A stretch of 64,000 bases of DNA from an uncultured Lachnospiraceae bacterium (lineage in GTDB: Bacteria; Bacillota; Clostridia; Lachnospirales; Lachnospiraceae). The notes below the pieces were generated by a model, which saw only the letters and a list, made by a program, of their open reading frames with translations, was not told where the DNA came from and did no database searches. Position numbers and translations under genes: made by a program. Shown here in pieces: positions 46,967 through 56,386 of the stretch (position 1 is the first letter of the stretch; the number at the start of each line of letters is the position of its first letter). The stretch covers positions 2,649 through 66,648 of the forward strand of contig CALWSG010000006.1 in assembly GCA_944384155.1 (NCBI GenBank). The letters run 5' to 3'.

Positions 46967-48721
46967 ATGAAAACAATATTAACCTACTTAAAGGGATATG
47001 AAAAAGAAACTATTCTTGCCCCTTTGTTTAAAATGCTGGAGGCAGGCTTTGAGCTTTTCGTGCCTTTAGTAGTGGCGGCCATTATTGATGTAGGCATAGA
47101 CGGAAATGATAAAGGATATATTGTGAAAATGTGCATGGTATTGGTGCTTTTAGGAATTGTAGGTCTTATAAGCTCGGTGACGGCACAATATTTTGCTGCA
47201 AAGGCAGCAGTAGGCTTTTCAAAAAAGCTTCGTCATGCATTGTTTGACAAAATGCAGAGCCTTTCCTTCAGCGAAATAGACAGTCTCGGAACAGCTTCTA
47301 TGATTACAAGAATGACTAGTGACGTAAATCAGGTACAGTCAGGGGTAAATCTTGTTTTAAGGCTTTTTTTACGCTCACCGTTTATAGTGTTTGGGGCAAT
47401 GATTATGGCATTTACAGTAGATGTAAAGGCTGCTCTTATATTTACTGTAGTAATACCTGTTCTTTCTGTTATAGTGTTTGGAATTATGCTGATAACAATA
47501 CCTATGTACAAAAAAGTACAGAAGGCACTTGACAGGGTTTTGGGAATAACAAGGGAAAATCTTACGGGAATACGTGTTATAAGGGCATTTTGCAAGGAAA
47601 AGGAAGAAATAGAAAGGTTTGATAATGCCAATGACAGACTGACGGTAATGCAAAAAATTGTTGGAAGAATATCGGGACTTATGAATCCTATGACATATAT
47701 TGTTATAAATGCAGGGATAGTAGCTCTTATATATACAGGTGCAGTAAGGGTAGAGGCAGGAATTATAACTCAGGGTGCAGTTGTAGCACTTTACAATTAC
47801 ATGTCACAAATACTTGTTGAGCTTATAAAGCTTGCTAATCTTATTATAACGGTGACAAAATCCTTTGCCAGCGGTAAGCGTCTTGAAGCCGTGCTTAGGA
47901 TGGAGTCTTCTCTTAAGTTAAATAATGTTAATGTATATGATGACGGCAGTGAAAATAAGAAAAATATACCTGTCGTACGGTTTGACCATGTATCCCTTAC
48001 ATATCAGGGCGCAGGTGAGGAGGCGTTAAGCGATATTGATTTTACCGTAAATAAAGGTGAAACAGTGGGAATTATAGGAGGAACAGGCTCGGGTAAATCC
48101 TCTCTTGTACATTTAATACCTCATTTTTATGATGCAACAAAGGGAAGAGTGGAGGTAAACGGCATAGATGTCAGAGATTACCCTATTGACGTATTAAGAG
48201 AGAAAATAGGCATTGTAATGCAAAAGCCTGTGCTGTTTAAGGCAACAATAAGGGAAAATTTACTGTGGGGCAATAAAGATGCCACAGATGAAGATATATA
48301 TGAAGCATTAAAAGCGGCACAGGCATTGGATGTGATAGAGTCTAAGGAAGACGGTCTTGACGAGATGGTGGCACAGGGAGGAAAAAATTTCTCGGGAGGT
48401 CAGAGACAGAGACTTACAATAGCAAGAGCTTTAGTAAGAAAGCCGGAAATACTTATACTTGATGACAGTGCATCGGCACTTGACTATGCTACAGATGCAG
48501 CACTTAGAAAATCACTTTTAAATATAAAGGAAAGACCTGCCGTATTTATTGTGTCACAGAGAACCTCATCAATACAGCACGCAGACAAAATAATAGTACT
48601 TGATGACGGAAAAGTGGCGGGAATGGGAACACATAAGGAGCTTTTAAGGTCATGTGATGTATACAGGGAAATATATGATTCCCAGTTTAAGGGAGCACAG
48701 GAGGTGGCGGCAAATGAATAA
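46967..48721 (+). CDS. Heterodimeric ABC exporter subunit A (TMD-NBD, degenerate catalytic site)
   Basis: GGTGSGKS, FSGGQRQR, Walker B LILDD (E to D), switch VSQR (H to Q). Confidence 0.92.
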   Translation: MKTILTYLKGYEKETILAPLFKMLEAGFELFVPLVVAAIIDVGIDGNDKGYIVKMCMVLVLLGIVGLISSVTAQYFAAKAAVGFSKKLRHALFDKMQSLSFSEIDSLGTASMITRMTSDVNQVQSGVNLVLRLFLRSPFIVFGAMIMAFTVDVKAALIFTVVIPVLSVIVFGIMLITIPMYKKVQKALDRVLGITRENLTGIRVIRAFCKEKEEIERFDNANDRLTVMQKIVGRISGLMNPMTYIVINAGIVALIYTGAVRVEAGIITQGAVVALYNYMSQILVELIKLANLIITVTKSFASGKRLEAVLRMESSLKLNNVNVYDDGSENKKNIPVVRFDHVSLTYQGAGEEALSDIDFTVNKGETVGIIGGTGSGKSSLVHLIPHFYDATKGRVEVNGIDVRDYPIDVLREKIGIVMQKPVLFKATIRENLLWGNKDATDEDIYEALKAAQALDVIESKEDGLDEMVAQGGKNFSGGQRQRLTIARALVRKPEILILDDSASALDYATDAALRKSLLNIKERPAVFIVSQRTSSIQHADKIIVLDDGKVAGMGTHKELLRSCDVYREIYDSQFKGAQEVAANE

Positions 48722-50453
48722 GAAAACCATAAAAAAGGTACTTAAATATATCGGAGTATATAAAATATATCTTGCTTTATCCGTGATATTTGCTGCAGCA
48801 AGCTCTATTTTAGCATTGTATGTGCCTATTCTTACAGGCGAAGCCATTGACTGTATTATAGATAAGGGAAGGGTAGATTTTAATGCAATGAAGCCTATTT
48901 TAACAGAGGCAGTCATTGTGGTTATAATAACATCATTTTTACAGTGGCTTATGAATATATGCAATAATAAAATAACATATAATGTGGTAAGGGATATAAG
49001 AAAAGAAGCCGTAAGAAAGATAGAGACTCTTCCTCTTAAATATGTTGACAATCATTCCTACGGAGAGATTGTAAGCCGTGTAGTGGCAGATGTAGACCAG
49101 TTTTCCGAGGGACTTTTAATGGGCTTTACACAATTCTTTACAGGCATTGTTACAATACTTGGAACATTGTTTTTCATGTTAAGCATCAATGTAAAAATAA
49201 CTTTGGTGGTTGTTATTGTTACTCCATTATCCTTGTTTGTGGCAAAGTTTATTGCATCAAAAACTTTTAGTATGTTTAAGCTTCAATCAGAGACAAGGGG
49301 AGAGCAGACTGCCTTTGTAGATGAAATGATAGGAAATCTTAAGGTTGTACAGGCATACTCACATGAGGACGAAAATATGGAGGAATTTGATGAGATAAAC
49401 GAAAGGCTTGAAAAAGCTTCTCTGAAGGCTATATTTTATTCATCAATTACAAATCCTGCAACAAGATTTATAAATGGTCTTGTATATGCAGGTGTGGCAT
49501 TTGTGGGAGCGTTAATGGGAGCAGGCGGAGGAATAACAGTGGGTCGCCTGTCAACATTTTTAAGCTATGCAAACCAGTATACAAAGCCATTTAATGAAAT
49601 ATCAGGAGTTATAACGGAGCTGCAGAATGCAATAGCATGTGCCGCAAGAATATTTGAACTGATAGAGGAGGAGCCGGAGACTGAAGACAGTGATAATGCA
49701 GTTGTAATAGATGAGGCACAGGGAAATGTGGAGCTTTCAGGGGTATATTTTTCTTATACTCCCGAGAGAAAGCTTATAGAAGACTTTAATCTTAAAGTAA
49801 AAAAAGGCCAGCGGGTAGCAATAGTAGGACCTACAGGCTGTGGAAAAACAACACTTATTAATCTTCTTATGAGGTTTTATGATGTAAACAGGGGCTCAAT
49901 ATCAGTTGACGGAAATGATATAAGAAATGTAACAAGACATTCACTGAGAAAAAATTACGGAATGGTGCTTCAGGAGACATGGCTTAAAAACGGTACAATC
50001 CGTGAAAATATTATAATGGGAAAGCCTGATGCAACAGAGGAGGAAATAGTGGCGGCATCAAAGGCGGCTCATTCCTACGGGTTTATAAAGCGTCTGCCAA
50101 AGGGATATGATACTGTTATAGGAGAGGACGGAGGAAGTCTGTCACAGGGACAAAAGCAGCTTTTGTGTATTACCAGGATAATGCTGTCACTGCCTCCAAT
50201 GCTTATACTTGACGAGGCAACATCTTCCATAGATACCAGAACGGAAATAAGAATACAGCAGGCATTTGCAAGACTTATGGAGGGAAGGACAAGCTTTATT
50301 GTGGCACACCGCCTATCCACAATACGAGAGGCAGATATAATACTTGTAATGAAGGACGGGAATATAATAGAGCAGGGCAGCCATACACAGCTTATGGAGA
50401 AGAAGGGCTTTTATGAAAAGCTGTATAACAGCCAGTATTCAGATGTACATTAA
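48714..50453 (+). CDS. Heterodimeric ABC exporter subunit B (TMD-NBD)
   Basis: GPTGCGKT, LSQGQKQ, ILDEATSS, VAHR; ATG 48714 overlaps the partner stop. Confidence 0.92.
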   Translation: MNKKTIKKVLKYIGVYKIYLALSVIFAAASSILALYVPILTGEAIDCIIDKGRVDFNAMKPILTEAVIVVIITSFLQWLMNICNNKITYNVVRDIRKEAVRKIETLPLKYVDNHSYGEIVSRVVADVDQFSEGLLMGFTQFFTGIVTILGTLFFMLSINVKITLVVVIVTPLSLFVAKFIASKTFSMFKLQSETRGEQTAFVDEMIGNLKVVQAYSHEDENMEEFDEINERLEKASLKAIFYSSITNPATRFINGLVYAGVAFVGALMGAGGGITVGRLSTFLSYANQYTKPFNEISGVITELQNAIACAARIFELIEEEPETEDSDNAVVIDEAQGNVELSGVYFSYTPERKLIEDFNLKVKKGQRVAIVGPTGCGKTTLINLLMRFYDVNRGSISVDGNDIRNVTRHSLRKNYGMVLQETWLKNGTIRENIIMGKPDATEEEIVAASKAAHSYGFIKRLPKGYDTVIGEDGGSLSQGQKQLLCITRIMLSLPPMLILDEATSSIDTRTEIRIQQAFARLMEGRTSFIVAHRLSTIREADIILVMKDGNIIEQGSHTQLMEKKGFYEKLYNSQYSDVH

Positions 50454-50479
50454 GAATTGTAAAAGGACGGAGACCATAT

Positions 50480-51361
50480 ATGAGTGATGATATTAAAATA
50501 ATAAAATCAAATCCTTCACTGACGGGCATGGCGGAGGTAATAAATGATGTGGTGTTTTCAAATGCAGGAGGCTGCAAGCTGAAAATGCAGATTATTTTAC
50601 CCTGGAGAAGTGAAAATAATACGTTATTATATCCGGCAGTAGTGTTTGTACAGGGAAGCGGCTGGACATTTCCTAATGTTTGGTATGAGGTTCCCCAGCT
50701 TTGCAGACTTGCATCAAGGGGATATGTGGTTGCATCGGTTACCCACAGAAACAGTCTTGAAGGCCATCCGTTTCCTGACTGTCTTAAGGACGTAAAAACA
50801 GCCATAAGATTTTTAAGGAAAAATGCAGGAATGTACGGAATAGATGAAAAAAGAATATGCATTTGGGGAACCTCCTCGGGAGGAAATCTTGCACTCCTTA
50901 CGGCTATGACATCAGGTGATGAAAGGTATATTTCAGATGAGTATAGGGAATATTCCGACAATGTAGTATGCTGTACAGCATGCTTTCCCACAACTGATTT
51001 TGTTGAATGTATGGAATCTCAGGATTTTGATAAAGGACTAAAGGAGGTGTTTGTGGCACTGTCAGGAGGAACGATAGATAAAAATATGACAGTGCTTAAG
51101 GAGATTAGCCCTTATTACATATCAAAAAAATGTATTGAAAATAATATAAGTGCTGATTATCCTCCTATATTTTTGGCACACGGCACTAATGATACCCTTA
51201 TACCATACAGCCAGAGCGAAAAAATGTATTACAGCCTTAAAAAGCTGGGAGTAAACGTGTCAATGACGGCAGTTGAAAACGCACCTCACGAAGGTGCATT
51301 TTGGAGTGAGGAAATGTTACAAATGATATTTGAATTTATAGAAAGGTATTGTGAGGAATAA
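50480..51361 (+). CDS. Alpha/beta hydrolase, esterase/lipase (BD-FAE-like)
   Basis: FVQGSGW oxyanion region, WGTSSGG nucleophile elbow, HGTND, PHE. Confidence 0.88.
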   Translation: MSDDIKIIKSNPSLTGMAEVINDVVFSNAGGCKLKMQIILPWRSENNTLLYPAVVFVQGSGWTFPNVWYEVPQLCRLASRGYVVASVTHRNSLEGHPFPDCLKDVKTAIRFLRKNAGMYGIDEKRICIWGTSSGGNLALLTAMTSGDERYISDEYREYSDNVVCCTACFPTTDFVECMESQDFDKGLKEVFVALSGGTIDKNMTVLKEISPYYISKKCIENNISADYPPIFLAHGTNDTLIPYSQSEKMYYSLKKLGVNVSMTAVENAPHEGAFWSEEMLQMIFEFIERYCEE

Positions 51362-51363
51362 TT

Positions 51364-52704
51364 ATGGGAAACGGTCATTTATTCAGTGGGTCAGATTTAA
51401 GAAAGCTTCTTATTCCTCTTATAGTAGAGCAGCTTTTAAATTCTCTTATGGGAACAATAGATACAATAATGGTAAGTAATGTGGGGCCTGAGGCAATATC
51501 TGCCGTATCTTTGGTAGATTCCATTAATGTGCTTATTATTCAGCTTTTTACTGCACTGGCGGCGGGAGGGGCTATTGTATGCTCCCATTATGTAGGCAGT
51601 AAAAATAATAAGGCGGCAATGGAGGCAGGCAAGCAGCTTGTCCTTGTTACAACAGTGATTTCCGTAATAATTACGGCTGTATTTCTTGTATTCAGAACAC
51701 CCCTTTTAAGTCTTATATTTGGAAAGGTAGAAGCAGAAGTTATGTCTGCGTCAAAGACTTATCTGTTTTACACGGCACTTTCATTTCCGTTTATAGCCAT
51801 ATATGATGCGGGGGCATCTATATTCAGGGCACAGGAAAACACAAGAACTCCTATGACTGTGTCTGTTATATCTAATATTATAAATATAGCCGGCAATGCA
51901 GTTCTTATATGGGGCTTTCATATGGGAGTAGCAGGAGCAGCCATATCAACCCTGGCGTCAAGGGTTTTTTGTGCCATTGTTGTAATGGCGAAGCTGTATA
52001 ATCCGTCTCTGAGGCTTCATATAAGAGGATACCTTAATGTAAGACCTGACTTTTCCGTTATAAAGAGAATATTGCTGATAGGCATACCTTCAGGAGTGGA
52101 GAACTGTATGTTCCAATTTGGAAAGCTTGCTATTCAGTCAACTGTATCAGCCATGGGTACCGCTGCCATTGCGGCACAGGCAATGACTAATATTTTGGAG
52201 AACCTTAACGGAATAGGAGGAATAGGAATAGGAATAGGTCTTATGACAGTGGTAGGAGAGTGTATGGGAGCAGGAAGAAAGGATGAGGCAGTTTATTATA
52301 TAAAGAAATTGACGGCAATAGGAGAACTTGTCATAATAGGAAGCTGCATTATAGTGTTTGTTTTGACAAAGCCTATAACCATAATGGCAGGGATGGAGCC
52401 GGTAAGTGCAGATATGTGCTTTAATATGATATGCGTAATAACTCTAGTAAAGCCGCTGGTTTGGGTAATGTCCTTTGTTCCTGCATATGGCATGAGAGCT
52501 GCAGGGGACGTGAAGTTTTCAATGATTTTATCATGCTGTACCATGTGGCTGTTTAGGGTAAGCCTGTGTGTATTTCTTGCAAAGGTATTTAAGATGGGAC
52601 CTATGGCAGTGTGGATAGGAATGTTTACGGATTGGACAATAAGAGCTGTAATGTTTGGATTAAGATTTCATTCGGGGCGTTGGGCTTCACATAAAGTAAT
52701 TTAA
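51364..52704 (+). CDS. MATE family efflux transporter
   Basis: DTIMVS, AISAVSLVD, PSGVEN pattern, 12 TM helices. Confidence 0.9.
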   Translation: MGNGHLFSGSDLRKLLIPLIVEQLLNSLMGTIDTIMVSNVGPEAISAVSLVDSINVLIIQLFTALAAGGAIVCSHYVGSKNNKAAMEAGKQLVLVTTVISVIITAVFLVFRTPLLSLIFGKVEAEVMSASKTYLFYTALSFPFIAIYDAGASIFRAQENTRTPMTVSVISNIINIAGNAVLIWGFHMGVAGAAISTLASRVFCAIVVMAKLYNPSLRLHIRGYLNVRPDFSVIKRILLIGIPSGVENCMFQFGKLAIQSTVSAMGTAAIAAQAMTNILENLNGIGGIGIGIGLMTVVGECMGAGRKDEAVYYIKKLTAIGELVIIGSCIIVFVLTKPITIMAGMEPVSADMCFNMICVITLVKPLVWVMSFVPAYGMRAAGDVKFSMILSCCTMWLFRVSLCVFLAKVFKMGPMAVWIGMFTDWTIRAVMFGLRFHSGRWASHKVI

Positions 52705-52711
52705 AAACATG

Positions 52712-52740
52712 TTGACAACAGGAATATTTTTAAGTATAGT
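52712..52740 (+). promoter_or_regulatory. sigma-A promoter of tRNA-Thr
   Basis: TTGACA-N17-TATAGT. Confidence 0.8.
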
Positions 52741-52769
52741 ATATTAGTGTGCCGCATGGCATACGGTAA

Positions 52770-52842
52770 GCTGCCTTGGCTCAGTAGGTAGAGCGTCGCC
52801 TTGGTAAGGCGGAGGTCGGGGGTTCAAGTCCCCTAGGCAGCT
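52770..52842 (+). tRNA. tRNA-Thr (GGT)
   Basis: GCTGCCT/AGGCAGC acceptor, GCTC-AGTAGGTA-GAGC D arm, TCGCC-TTGGTAA-GGCGG anticodon arm, TTCAAGT T loop. Confidence 0.96.
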
Positions 52843-52877
52843 TTTTTATATATGTTTATGTGAGAAAAGAAAACCGG

Positions 52878-52906
52878 TTGACAGATTGTAAAGAATATGA
52901 TTTACT
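52878..52906 (+). promoter_or_regulatory. Putative promoter for the accessory cassette
   Basis: TTGACA-N17-TTTACT with TG extension, about 165 nt upstream of the first gene. Confidence 0.5.
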
Positions 52907-53073
52907 TATAGTAGAATTATAAAGAATTACGTAAGAAATTTCAATGGAATTAGTTACTAAAGAGAAGTTGGGTATTTGTGTTATATTTGATTTGTTTAAT
53001 TTTCATAATTCAACGCAAATATTGAAAGTTTCGCAAAAATCTATGATTTAAACAATATGAAAGGAGAAATTCT

Positions 53074-53475
53074 ATGTTAAAATTTAAAAGAATAATTGTT
53101 TTATTATTTGTAGTGGCAGCTTTTTCTATGACTACATATGGAGCAGTACAAAATCTGCTTGTTGCAAATCAAACTGAATATCGCAGCTCAGCTATAGAGA
53201 AATCAAAGTTAACAAAAGATAATTCGGCTGTTGTCAATATAACATCGGGGCCTATTCGGGATAGAAATACAATATTAGCATATGTAAAATGCACTTCAGT
53301 TTCCACTTATATAACTGAAACAGGAACATTTAATTATCCAAAATCAATAAAATTGTATTATAATAACCCATTTGACTATACTCAATATATGAATAAGAAA
53401 TATAAGGTATATGCCAAGGTTAGACCATATTCTTATTCAACAACAGTAACAGTTGCGGGAGACTTTACACCATAA
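53074..53475 (+). CDS. Small Sec-secreted hypothetical protein (133 aa)
   Basis: AAAGGAG RBS; basic-hydrophobic signal peptide ending TYG-A; beta-strand-like, Tyr/Thr/Lys-rich mature part ending VAGDFTP. Confidence 0.8.
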   Translation: MLKFKRIIVLLFVVAAFSMTTYGAVQNLLVANQTEYRSSAIEKSKLTKDNSAVVNITSGPIRDRNTILAYVKCTSVSTYITETGTFNYPKSIKLYYNNPFDYTQYMNKKYKVYAKVRPYSYSTTVTVAGDFTP

Positions 53476-53556
53476 TTTATTATCATCAGGTCATTAATGT
53501 TTTAGCACAATATTAATGGTTTAAAAATCTGAATATTAAAAGATGGGGTGTTAATA

Positions 53557-54732
53557 GTGAAAATTAATATAATTAAAGGTGTTGCTATTTGTTCGGCTGT
53601 TTTTTTATGCTTGTCAGGCTGTATGGAGACTGGTGAAAGCAGACCCGGTGAAGATAAAGAAGAGAAAACTAAAGCAGAATATGAAAATTTTGAAGATGTT
53701 TTAGAAGATATTGACTGGAGTGGGAATTACATATCTGCAGAGTTTGGTGAAAATTTTAAAATAGAAGCATCTGTAGTTTCTGACACAGTATATAATAATG
53801 AATTCGGGCTTTATAATATAAGTGAGGTGGAAGAAGTATACGGGGAAGAAGAGAAAATAGCAGCAGATTTAGACAGCTATTATGGCAGCAAGGTTTCGTT
53901 TATTACATCAGATATGACTAATCCTGTTAAGCAGTCACCAAATGTAGGATATACTTCAAGAGTATGGTGGTATAATTCTAAAGATAAATATAATTCTTAT
54001 AACTTTATAGACACTCTTGATGTGTTTTTTCCTTTTGAGTCAAAAGATTTAGATAAAAATATTATAGATGAAAAGCTTGATGTGTTTTTGCAGTATTTCT
54101 CAAAATATATGAATTTTGAGCCTAAGGATTACAGATGCATAGAATTCGGAGAAGAATTTTATGACCGTATAGAGGAATTTGGAAATAAATCGGGAAATAC
54201 CGTGATTGATGAGAGAATAGTGGAAAGCAGAGAGAAATTTTATAATATAAGATTTTCACCTGTGCTTGATAATGGTGTGTTTTTGGAGGATGCAGGTGAC
54301 TATGTACAAAAAAAATTATTAGATGGTGAAAAGGTTTCTCCGATTTTAAGCTATAGCAAAGAAAATAATACTGTATCGCCATATGTAAAGGTAAATGCAG
54401 ATATTGTTATGGACAGTGAATATAATATTAAAAGCTTTGAAGGAACAAATTCCGTTAATATTGAAAAAGAGCCTTTTAAAAAGGTGAGTATTGTTTCTCT
54501 TAAGGATATTATTAAGAAGGTCTATGAAAAAAATAAATATAATATTGTTACTGTCACTGATATATCCTTGTATTATAGCGGATATATAGGTGATGAGTTA
54601 AATGAAAACAATATGCGGGATATATATTTAGCACCTTATTGGGTTGTTACATATTACGTTGAAGGTAATGATGTGCAGTATCAGTATATTTATTTGGCAG
54701 AAACAGGAGAATTGTTGTTTGCTACGGTATAG
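53557..54732 (+). CDS. Hypothetical acidic lipoprotein
   Basis: Lipobox LSGC; GTG at 53557 preceded by GGGGTG; C-terminal 'YLAPYWVV...YLAETGE' resembles PepSY-like ends. Confidence 0.75.
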   Translation: MKINIIKGVAICSAVFLCLSGCMETGESRPGEDKEEKTKAEYENFEDVLEDIDWSGNYISAEFGENFKIEASVVSDTVYNNEFGLYNISEVEEVYGEEEKIAADLDSYYGSKVSFITSDMTNPVKQSPNVGYTSRVWWYNSKDKYNSYNFIDTLDVFFPFESKDLDKNIIDEKLDVFLQYFSKYMNFEPKDYRCIEFGEEFYDRIEEFGNKSGNTVIDERIVESREKFYNIRFSPVLDNGVFLEDAGDYVQKKLLDGEKVSPILSYSKENNTVSPYVKVNADIVMDSEYNIKSFEGTNSVNIEKEPFKKVSIVSLKDIIKKVYEKNKYNIVTVTDISLYYSGYIGDELNENNMRDIYLAPYWVVTYYVEGNDVQYQYIYLAETGELLFATV

Positions 54733-54756
54733 ATAGATTATGTGGGAGAAAATAAC

Positions 54757-55551
54757 ATGAGAGTATGCTTTTATTCTATAATAAGGTGCATCGCAAGAGC
54801 AGTGTTAAGCAAAAGATTTTTGCTGTCCTTATGTTTGGTTTCAGCTTTATTTATAATGGATTTATTGCCAAGCTTTGTGTCAGGAATAAATGTGTACCAG
54901 GGTGAGGTTTATTATTCTTATGACTTAATAAGTCTGTATATGTTAAACGGCTCCACAATGTTTTTGGGGTTTACGTTTATTGTTACAATAATTCCTTATG
55001 CAGGAGCCTTTTGCGATGATTATAACAGTGGATTTCTCATTCCTTTTATGGGAAGAACTACGGGAATGGGATATGCTGTCGGAACGGCTTCTGCCTGCGG
55101 TGTAAGTGCTTTTTTATGTACATTTTTAGGACAGGTAATGTGTCTGCTGTTTTATAATATATTTATACCTTTAAATAACCATTCACAGTATACATATTCA
55201 GATTATAGTCTGGTAGAAGCAGGAAGGTATGTATTATTTCTGTTATGCTTTATTGTTCTGTACAGTCTTAGAGCAGCATTTTTCGCATTGGTAAGTTTAC
55301 TTGTGTCCACCTTTGTAAAAAATAAATATATTATTTTTTCTATCCCGCTTATAATGTACTTCTTATTAATGAAGTTTGGATATGGCGTCCTTAATTTGCC
55401 GGGATATTTAAATGTTCTTGGCATTTATTTTGGATTCACATTTGGAGAAGGTAATGAGGTTATAAGTGTTTTATATGCAATGTCCTTTACTGTGTTTACA
55501 GGTATTATAGCAGGAAGCGTGCTTTTAAGAAAAGTAGGGAGGTGCTTATGA
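54757..55551 (+). CDS. ABC permease-like membrane protein 1
   Basis: About 6 TM helices; 'IPYAGAFCDDYNSGF...GRT' loop motif; overlaps the next gene (ATGA). Confidence 0.75.
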   Translation: MRVCFYSIIRCIARAVLSKRFLLSLCLVSALFIMDLLPSFVSGINVYQGEVYYSYDLISLYMLNGSTMFLGFTFIVTIIPYAGAFCDDYNSGFLIPFMGRTTGMGYAVGTASACGVSAFLCTFLGQVMCLLFYNIFIPLNNHSQYTYSDYSLVEAGRYVLFLLCFIVLYSLRAAFFALVSLLVSTFVKNKYIIFSIPLIMYFLLMKFGYGVLNLPGYLNVLGIYFGFTFGEGNEVISVLYAMSFTVFTGIIAGSVLLRKVGRCL

Positions 55552-56384
55552 GAGCGGGGAAGTTATTGGTTAAAGCAGACTTAATACGTTTAATTCGCGG
55601 TCCCAAGTTTTGGTTGATTATTTTGTTTATGCTTTTTTTTGTATATGATTTTGTATCACAGGTGAAACCTTATGCCGTAAATTCAGGCTTAGGAATAACA
55701 CCTTACCTGTATCCGGTATATCTTGCAGATTGGTCAGGCAGATTATACTCCCTTTTGTTAATTATTGTGGCTATGAGTGATGCACCATTTTATACCGGCA
55801 GTGAAATGTTTATAAAGCTTCGTGTAAATAAATATATATGGGGATTGTGTAAAAATTTATATATTTTCGCGATTTCCTTTATTTTTCAGGTTATCACCAT
55901 TGTTTTCACAATAGTGATGTGTCTCCCTTATCTGGGTATAAGCAATGACTGGGGAGATGTTATCAGAACATTTCTGACAGACAGACAGGGTGCGATATCG
56001 GTGTCAGGAATTCTTGAAGAAGGGATTGAGGTATTATATCATCCTTATACTGCCATGATATATGAATTGTTAATTATGACTCTTATTAGTTTAATGCTTG
56101 GATTAATGATATTTATTTTAAACGGATTGTTTAAAAGCTATGCCGGAACTGTTGTTATAGGAATTTTATCATGTCTGCATACATATATAAGCGATTTTGA
56201 TTTTTATGGTGTATTAAAAAATGTGTATAATAAAATACCTATGTCATGGATTGATTTATCAGGATATACAGAAGGGATGTCCCCGATAAAGGCATGCATA
56301 ATTATTTCAGTTATATTACTTGTGTTGACAGTAATTCAAATGATTTTAATTAAGTGTGGAAAAATAACAATAGAAGGGGAATGA
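55548..56384 (+). CDS. ABC permease-like membrane protein 2
   Basis: About 6 TM helices; 'SDAPF...LRVNKYIW' loop motif; GGGAGG RBS. Confidence 0.75.
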   Translation: MRAGKLLVKADLIRLIRGPKFWLIILFMLFFVYDFVSQVKPYAVNSGLGITPYLYPVYLADWSGRLYSLLLIIVAMSDAPFYTGSEMFIKLRVNKYIWGLCKNLYIFAISFIFQVITIVFTIVMCLPYLGISNDWGDVIRTFLTDRQGAISVSGILEEGIEVLYHPYTAMIYELLIMTLISLMLGLMIFILNGLFKSYAGTVVIGILSCLHTYISDFDFYGVLKNVYNKIPMSWIDLSGYTEGMSPIKACIIISVILLVLTVIQMILIKCGKITIEGE

Positions 56385-56386
56385 AG

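Noticed and set aside
50392-50991. 199-aa minus-strand ORF
   Set aside because: Lies antisense to the esterase and ABC genes; composition is typical of a shadow frame.
52210-52239. GGAATA tandem repeat in MATE gene
   Set aside because: Encodes a GIGGIGIGIG TM segment in frame; no sign of a phase-variable tract.
52944-53051. 35-codon ORF in the islet leader (MELVTKEK...)
   Set aside because: No Shine-Dalgarno and no leader-peptide features; such ORFs are expected by chance.
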